DNA of 30,085 nucleotides from Octopus sinensis. Lineage: Eukaryota. The notes under the pieces were generated by a model. It made no database searches and was not told the origin of the DNA. It worked only from the letters and a program-made list of their open reading frames with translations. Positions 22,519-30,085 of this stretch are shown piece by piece (position 1 is the first letter of the stretch; each line of letters opens with the position of its first letter). The stretch is from contig NW_021827514.1 of the NCBI RefSeq assembly GCF_006345805.1, positions 1-30,085 on the forward strand. The letters run 5' to 3'. A program made the translations under genes and the position numbers.

Positions 22519-23329
22519 TGGAAGCAAGTACTGCAGGGCATTTTTTTTCCGGCCCTCATATGATTCTGGCAATCCAAACTCCCTGTGATAATTGTTTCGA
22601 ATTTTGTTACAATGAAAGCAAATGTGAGGGATTAAGAAGATACCTTAGACCTCAGATATTGATTGGAACATTGTGTTATAGAGTGGACTTTGACAAGGGT
22701 TACTACGAACAGAAATAGAAAATTTTCTTTCTCTCAGCTATCATTTCCCATACATGTACATGCTGTGATTCAATCGGATCCTACTCCCTTCTCTCAGTCA
22801 CGTTCCAAGAACTTAATGTCAGCGCACCTTTCTCAACCCTACACTTACTTTCAAAATGAGATTTACAAAAATGTCTACGAATTTTTGCTGAAGACAAAAA
22901 GTGGACCTCCTTACTACTTTCAGTATCACCTATCACATATTACTCTTCATCATTACCTCCTGAAAGAAAGGTGGGTGGAAGGAGATCTTTACAGCAGAGA
23001 TAGCGGGATCCTTCATCCGCGCAAAAGCAGCGGTTTGACAAGTGATAAATGTTCGGACACTAAACGAATGCATCCAAAGCAGATTCGTTTCTCTGAACGT
23101 TATCGTACACAAGTTTGATTGACAGCATCTCCCGGTAGCACTGCCAAACCAGAGAATTCTGACGGTTAGCTGTGGTCTCTGAATCGAAAATCCGTCAGAA
23201 CGGATCAGTTAGCAATTCTCGTTGACATCCCGATGAGTTTCCTCAGATCGTCATTTTCTCCATTCTTAGTCCTATATAGAAAGCTAAAGTGTGAGCTACA
23301 ACATCTGAATTACAGAAGTGGTTTGGGGC

Positions 23330-24527
23330 TGTGAGTGCATGTCAATATTCTGAAAGTGCTTGACAATATTCTGTGAGTGCCTGTCAATATTCTGTGAGTG
23401 CTTGATAATATTCTGTGAGTGCTTGATAATATTCTGTGAGTGCTTGATAATATTCTGTGAGTGCTTGATAATATTCTGTGAGTGCTTGATAATATTCTGT
23501 GAGTGCTTGATAATATTCTGTAAGTGCTTGACAATATTCTGTAAGTGCTTGACAATATTCTGTGAGTGTGATAATATTCTGTGAGTGCCTGACAATATTA
23601 TGTAAGTGCTTGACAATATTCTGTGAGTGCCTGACAATATTCTGTGAGTGTGACAATATTCTGTGAGTGTGATAATATTCTGTGAGTGCCTGACAATATT
23701 ATGTAAGTGCTTGACAATATTCTGTGAGTTCCTGACAATATTCTGTGAGTGCCTGACAATATTCTGTGAGTGCCTGACAATATTCTGTAAGTCCCAGACA
23801 ATATTCTATGAGTGTTTGACAATATTCTGTGAGTGCCTGACAATATTTTGTGAATGCTTGACAATATTCTGTGAGTGCCTGACAATATTCTATGAGTGCC
23901 TGACAATATTCTGTGAGTGCCTGACAATATTCTGTGAGTCCCTGACAATATTCTATGAGTGCCTGACAATATTCTGTGAGTGCCTGACAATATTCTGTGA
24001 GTCCCTGACAATATTCTATGAGTGCTTGACAATATTCTGTGAGTGCCTGACAATATTCTGTGAGTCCCTGACAATATTCTGTGAATGCTTGACAATATTC
24101 TATGAGTGCTTGACAATATTCTGTGAGTGCCTGACAATATTCTGTGAGTCCCTGACAATATTCTATGAGTGCTTGATAATATTCTGTGAGTGCCTGACAA
24201 TATTCTGTGAGTGCCTGACAATATTCTGTGAGTGCTTGACAATATTCTGTGAGTGCTTAACAATATTCTGTGAGTGCTTAACAATATTCTGTGAGTGCCT
24301 GACAATATTCTGTGAGTCCCGGACAATATTCTATGAGTGCTTGACAATATTCTATGAGTGCCTGACAATATTCTGTGAGTGTAACAATATTCTGTGAGTG
24401 CCTGACAATATTCTGTGAGTGCTCGACAATATTCTGTGAATACCTGACAATATTCCGTGTGTGCCTGCCAATATTCTGTGAGCGCTTGACAATATTCTGT
24501 GAGTGCCTGACAATAGTCTGTGTGTGC
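23330..24527. repeat. 21-bp minisatellite (GACAATATTCTGTGAGTGCCT)n, roughly 57 units
   Basis: Head-to-tail units with no unique spacers and a few 19-bp variants; explains the 7-aa periodic ORFs. Confidence 0.98.
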
Positions 24528-24993
24528 CCGAGGCAACCGTCAAACTCTCCCGTATTTAACAACCCCGGCAGAGACAATCTATTAGATTGAGATACTTGAG
24601 AAATGAGGAAAAACTTTGCCTCTGATTAAACTGGAATCATGGCGAAAGCAGACGATCTAGAATGGCCAGAACAGCAGCATCCACATAGACCAGAGAAAAG
24701 AGTAGAAAATCGGATAATAAAACATACGGAACTTATCTCGAACTGATAGTGACTTCGAAATATCGTTGCCAGGCCAAGGATTGCTGGAGGTTATCTGTAA
24801 TATTCTTTGTCTCGAAAGTCTTCCGCAACAAAGCAGTTTGACCTCATCGACGTCCTGGGGTTTCTCTGACAAAGCCGTTGCCTGTACTCGTCAGCAGTCC
24901 TCAGTAGTTTGCCTCAGTTGACCTCCCAGCGATCACAACCTCCACCTCGTAGAGAGCTGTAAGGGCATGGCGATTCAGGGACTCAATTACAAC

Positions 24994-25264
24994 GATGCAA
25001 CCTGCTGATTCCATACCAAATTGAGGGAAGAATAAAGAAAAATATAGATAATTCAATACCCTGAATTAAACGAGAAACAATAAAAGGATTAGCAGCTGTA
25101 GCGAAATATTGTAATTCCTGTTTTTATAGGATCACAAAGGAATATCAGAAAATATCACCAAGTTGCATTCTATGATCAGCTGAACAATTAACATTGCGAC
25201 ATTAAAGAAAGCAATTCCCTTCGGTGCAGTTAGGACCTTAAGACAAGTGCTGAATATCAGATGA
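24994..25264 (+). pseudogene. 3' end of an R4/Dong-like non-LTR retrotransposon (restriction-like endonuclease domain), decayed
   Basis: Fragments DATC*FHTKLREE, YPEL, VIPVFIG, KGISENITKL and IATLKKAIPFGAVRTLRQVLNIR* match the DVAxP.D..V..KE.EK..KY..L...VIPVVIGALG...LQKA.LLGT.RILR.VL* pattern. An (AAC)/(AAT)n tract follows at about 25400-25480. Confidence 0.65.
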
Positions 25265-25549
25265 CATAGATGAGTGTTTGGTACCCACGGAACATAACCT
25301 TCGGTATCAACAACTTTACTGCAATGACAATACAGAATAGCTACACAACCACCACCGTCGCCGCTGCCGCCATCAACACCTCTTCCACCACCGACATCAA
25401 CAGCAACAACAATAACAACAACAACATCAACAATAACAATGATGATAATAATAATACTAATAATAATAATAATGATAATATAATTGCTTCCATTACAGTA
25501 ATCATTGTAATGGTACAACCCAAATGGTAAAATCGATCCCCATTGATTG

Positions 25550-25705
25550 TACACACACATACATATATATATACATATATATATACAATATATATATATA
25601 ATATATATAAATTTAATATATATAATATATATATATATACTATATATATATACATAAATACATACATAATATACATACATATATGTATATAATACATATA
25701 TATGA
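25550..25705. repeat. (TA)n-rich array
   Basis: Read directly. Confidence 0.95.
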
Positions 25706-25926
25706 TAATGTTGTGCAGAACAATTAAAGCTACTAGCAGCCTTTGTTGGGAAGGACGGCTTCCACTGAGAGTGTTGTATCAAAGAGTGAAGAGAAGGAAA
25801 TCACAATTGATCTTCATCTCACCATAAACTCCATTGATGCCTCAACAGAACAAAGAACATGCACGGAGCCAGTATCAAAGCGGCGTACATTTTTATTTAA
25901 TTACATGGATATGAGAGTTTACCTAA

Positions 25927-25970
25927 TATATATATACACACGCGCATATTATATCAAATATATACATATG

Positions 25971-26020
<50 letters not shown>

Positions 26021-26023
26021 ATA

Positions 26024-26067
<44 letters not shown>

Positions 26068-26095
26068 AGTATATATATATATATATACATATATG
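25927..26095. repeat. (TA)n-rich array
   Basis: Read directly. Confidence 0.95.
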
Positions 26096-26291
26096 CATGT
26101 GAAGCAACGAGGGAAAGTGAAAATATGAACAGTACACTGCTGCAGCATTAAAAGTGTACGGAGATCAGAGCAGAGAAATACATTTACCTTCACTGTAGGG
26201 TTCCCAGAAGAGTTCAATCGGTGCAAATGCTGCGAGGAACAAATATTCTAACGTGACTGATAAAGACTAACCTTACATATGTGCACATCAA

Positions 26292-26690
26292 TGTGGTAAG
26301 TAGCTTGTTTACCAACCACACGGATTCCGGGTTCAGTCCCACTGCGTGGCACCTTGAGTAAGTGTCTTCTGCTATAGCCTCGGGCCGACCAAAGCCATGT
26401 GAGTGGATTTGGTAGACGGAAACTGAAAGAAGCCCGTCGTATATATATATATATATGTGTGTGCGTGTATGTTTCTGTGTCTGTGTTTGTCCCCCTCGCA
26501 TTGCTTGACAACCGACGCTGATGTGTTTACGTCGCCGTTACTTAGCGGTTCGGCAAAAGAGACCGATAGAATGAGTACTAGGCTTACAAAAGAATGTCCC
26601 GGGGTCGAGTTGCTCGATTAAAGGCGATGCTCTAGCATGGCCGCAGTCAAATGACTGAAAACAAGTAAAAGAGTAAATGAGTAAAAGAGT
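26292..26690 (+). mobile_element. Family-1 SINE, first ~12 nt missing
   Basis: TGTGGTAAGTAGCTTG...GGGTTCAGTCCCACTGCGTGGCACC...CAAGTAAAAGAG, followed by (TA)n to 26823. Confidence 0.93.
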
Positions 26691-26731
26691 GTATATATAT
26701 ATATATATATATATATACATACATACATATA

Positions 26732-26778
<47 letters not shown>

Positions 26779-26822
26779 TCTATCTATTTATATTATATAT
26801 ATATATATCTATATATATATAT

Positions 26823-26965
26823 ATAATTATAATTAGGGTCCAGCTAACTGATTCAACAATACCGAAATTAGAAATAGGAGTTTAAAATTCCCTTCCTGCT
26901 ATTTTGACCCCTATTTCTAACTTCGGTATTGGTGAAGCAGTTAGCTAAACCCTAATTATAATTAT
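26823..26965. repeat. Inverted repeat with ~65-bp arms and a 12-bp loop
   Basis: 26823-26888 is an imperfect reverse complement of 26901-26965. Confidence 0.92.
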
Positions 26966-27169
26966 GTGGATAATTTTACCTATAAAGGTAATTTTAAGGT
27001 ACCGATCTACTTGGTGAAATTGTTAATTGATTAATTAATTAATTAATTCAATTAATAAATTTTACCCTTCTATTATATATACATTTATACAACGCAAACT
27101 TTCACTTTGAATAAGTTATGAAGTTACGTGCATTGTTAACAAACATTGTCACTGGCAGTGTAGCGACGG

Positions 27170-28400
27170 ATACTACGTTGTTTTATCTAAAGATCTTGGA
27201 AATCGGATTGGAATTATTCTAGAACCTTTAATTTTCGGTGAGGAAGTGTCGTGGTTTAACACAATAATTGTATAAGAATGTGTCATATCTCTCAAAAGAC
27301 ACGAAAATAGCCACTTTCTAGCCTCAGTTTTCTCCATTAATATCCTGAGGTAGAATTTATCCAATGGAGTCACAACGGATTTTTGCTGTGTTTTTACTTT
27401 TTTTTTCTTTTTGCTGGCCAGTGTAATTGGTACAAATCTATAGTTGAGAACCCTTAACGATATTTCAAATCGTTGGAAGGATATCTTAGCATATAAGATG
27501 TGTGATGTATCTATATATCCCAAATCGTTGAAACGAAGTCTTAACATATAAATACAACGCGTTTGTTTTGATTCTCGTTGAAACGAGAGGTTCTTTAACG
27601 CTAATCGTTTCGTATCAATATATTATAAATCGTTAGAACGATTTCACGGCAAAGAGCGAGTGAGTGTAACGTAGAAAGTTGTGTACATATCGTATCATTT
27701 GTGCTTGTTAAATAATATCGAAAGTACCAGAAAATATATGGAACACTTGATACAAAGATATAGAGGAATATATTGGATTTATCAAGCAATGGGACTTGAC
27801 TTGAATGGGTTTGATATTGGTTTCACAGTTTCGATCTTCAGATACAGCTTATCTTTATACATGTTACAGAAAAATATGAGGAATATTTCGAAAAGATATT
27901 TTTCAAACTTCCATTACTGTCAACATGAAAATTACGCCCTCCTCTGATGTGAGATATTTCCGTGTAATTGTAATATTCCTGTTACTGTGAAACAAAGGGG
28001 AATAACGTATAATTCATAAGCTGAGATTAGGGGAATTTAGCATCCCCCAACGAGAAGATATAATAGCGTTCGGGTAAGGTTAAAATGGGAGTAGGAAGGA
28101 ATATAGAAAACCAGAGCAGGTGAATTAGAGAAATTGGAAAGGGACAAGTGCAGATTTCTCTGCACTGAGGCAATTTCTATGAATATCTGTGATTTTTGTC
28201 GAGTGACGGTGGTAGTTACTGATGACACGAAGTATCATTTTCAAAGTGTTTGTATTTCACGAAAGTCTCTAATCTCTCTAAGTGATGTGCAAATAAGATC
28301 TTGTTTATGGCGTGGTTTGCCTATTGTACATAAGTCATTCTATATTAATCAGAGATCGTTATGTCGAACAATTAATGCTACCACCACATTTTGTAGGGTA
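27170..28400 (-). pseudogene. Heavily decayed Penelope-like element fragments (RT and GIY-YIG/Zn-finger region)
   Basis: Minus strand: TFDI (~27720; cf. RT LVTFDV.SLY), RFND..Y (~27530), PTI*NIVKG (~27460; cf. APTYANLVMG), TKCGGSINCST (~28380), YNRQT (~28320; cf. YIGQT), LH..EIR and KHF. Manual recognition across many frameshifts. Confidence 0.42.
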
Positions 28401-28579
28401 GACTAACTTCCTTTCAATGAAATTATAATATCTATGCATTATAATACGTGGAAACTTTTAATATTTAAAGTTAAACAGCTTTGTATTCTGTTCAGAAAGA
28501 AGATAACAGAACAAATTTTTTTGTCGAATACATCGGAAAAGTTTTTAAATGGCTTCCAGTAACTGCAGGAATGGAAATA

Positions 28580-28740
28580 TCTTGAAAATATACAAATCTC
28601 ACCAAATCGCGAGTAAAACTTTCATCTGAAAGCAGAGAAGGCTCCATAAAAATAACTACAGAAACAAGGTATTATTTAAATACTAGATCAGAGGTATTTT
28701 CAAAAAATATAAACATTTTGAAGAAACACATTATGCAAGC
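28580..28740 (+). pseudogene. Possible inverted PLE fragment (pre-RT region)
   Basis: KYTNLTKSRVKL...SIKITT..K..ILDQRYFQKI resembles NLT..E..AL..L....IIIK.ADKG...VILD...Y..KI. Confidence 0.33.
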
Positions 28741-28902
28741 GAGAAACATGATTTTCAAACAACTCACGCTGTGTATGTGTGTGTACGAGGCTGAGTGTGA
28801 GTGCCTATGTGTATGATTCTAAACATGCACACACGTATGCTTATAAATATATACGTGAGTGCATGTTCACATACACACACATATACACAGAAGTATATAT
28901 AT

Positions 28903-29059
28903 GGAGTGGCTGTGTGGTAAGTAGTTTGTTTACCAACCACATGGTTCCTGGTTCAGTCCCACTGCGTGGCACCTTGGGCAAGTGTCTTATACTATAGCCT
29001 CGGGCCGACCAAAGCCTTGTGAGTGGATTTGGTAGACGGAAACTGAAAGAAGCCCATCG

Positions 29060-29097
<38 letters not shown>

Positions 29098-29410
29098 CAT
29101 GTGTGTGTGTCTGTGTGTGTATGTATATATTTGTGTGTCTGTGTTTGTCCCCCCAACATTGCTTAACAACCGATGCTGGAGTGTTTACATGCCCGTGAGC
29201 TAGCGGTTCGGCAAGAGAGAACCGATAGAATAAGTACTAGGCTTACAAAGACTAAGTCCTGGGGTCTATTTGCTCGACTAAAAGCGGTGCTCCAGCATGG
29301 CCACAGTCAAATGACTGAAACAAGTAAAAGAGTAAAATAACAGGTCCTGAAAACCTTGTAAGTCGATGTACCGCCATGACTACAGTCAAATGACTGAAGC
29401 AAGTAAAGGA
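28903..29410 (+). mobile_element. Family-1 SINE, full length (to ~29337), plus a degenerate second tail
   Basis: A-box-like TGGCTGTGTGG, B-box-like GGTTCAGTCCC and an expanded central (TA)(TG) tract. CATG.C.ACAGTCAAATGACTGAA.CAAGTAAA is repeated at about 29375-29408. Confidence 0.95.
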
Positions 29411-29679
29411 TAGAAGAAAGCTACTAGTGTCAGCAAAAGAACCATGGAGCGTAAATGAAGTGTATTGATTATATACAGACGATGGATACTGGAAAGCAAG
29501 CTTGGGAAAAATCGAGAAATCGGTTACGTACTTGCGACGTCTAATTGTTTTACGCAGAGTGTTCTTTGCTAAATGCCTTCCCCCGAGGAAATATTTTCCG
29601 TATATTTCCGTGATTTAGTTTTATAATTAGACGCTAAACACCGCTGCCCTACCTTTCTTCCCTCTTCTCTCTGTCTGTC

Positions 29680-29783
29680 TACGTACATATGTGTATATAT
29701 ATGTATGTGTTGTGTGTGTGTGTTGTGGTATGTGTTATATATATATATATCTAATATATATATATATTTATATTTTATATTTA

Positions 29784-29825
<42 letters not shown>

Positions 29826-30020
29826 CATATGTATATATAATATAATGTGTATATATATATGCGTGTGGGTGTGGGTGTGCGTATTTCTAGGTATGTATAT
29901 ATACATATATATATATTAGGGTTTGCGTGTATATATATATATATTTTATATACACACCACGAATGTATATATTTATATATATGAGTATATATACGTATAT
30001 ATATATATAGAGAGAGAGAG

Positions 30021-30085
<65 letters not shown>
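29680..30085. repeat. (TA)/(TG)/(GA)/(GATA)n arrays
   Basis: Read directly. Confidence 0.96.

Noticed and set aside
22663-23118. 151-aa ORF as a real gene
   Set aside because: Non-ATG start, no recognisable domain and no clear splice signals.
23330-24527. CRISPR array, or a repeat-protein CDS (312-aa and 244-aa ORFs)
   Set aside because: The units are contiguous with no unique spacers and there are no cas genes. Frames are open on both strands simply because the 21-bp unit lacks stops in those frames, and 19-bp units break the frame.

Overview
This is AT-rich, non-coding animal genomic DNA, either intronic or intergenic. The SINE families and extreme microsatellite density look to me like an octopus (coleoid cephalopod); this is recognition from memory, not a database result. 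No ORF in the supplied track is a credible complete gene, and most long ones are translated microsatellites. The window is a mosaic of simple repeats and two abundant tRNA-derived SINE families. It also holds a 1.2-kb 21-bp minisatellite, a mariner-type MITE, and decayed remnants of a Tc1/mariner transposase, an RTE-like LINE, an R4/Dong-like LINE and a Penelope-like element (PLE). One possible minus-strand coding exon lies at 14043-14282. The most interesting signals are structural. (i) Several minimal hammerhead-ribozyme-like motifs sit in short elements embedded in (TA)n (7402, 9135, 9382, 15693). (ii) An LTR-like cassette carries a TATA/Inr promoter followed by a type III hammerhead-like fold (5618-6052). 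(iii) A ~425-bp inverted duplication has a perfectly identical 133-bp core (16182-17482). (iv) Two long DNA hairpins lie at 9285 and 26823.
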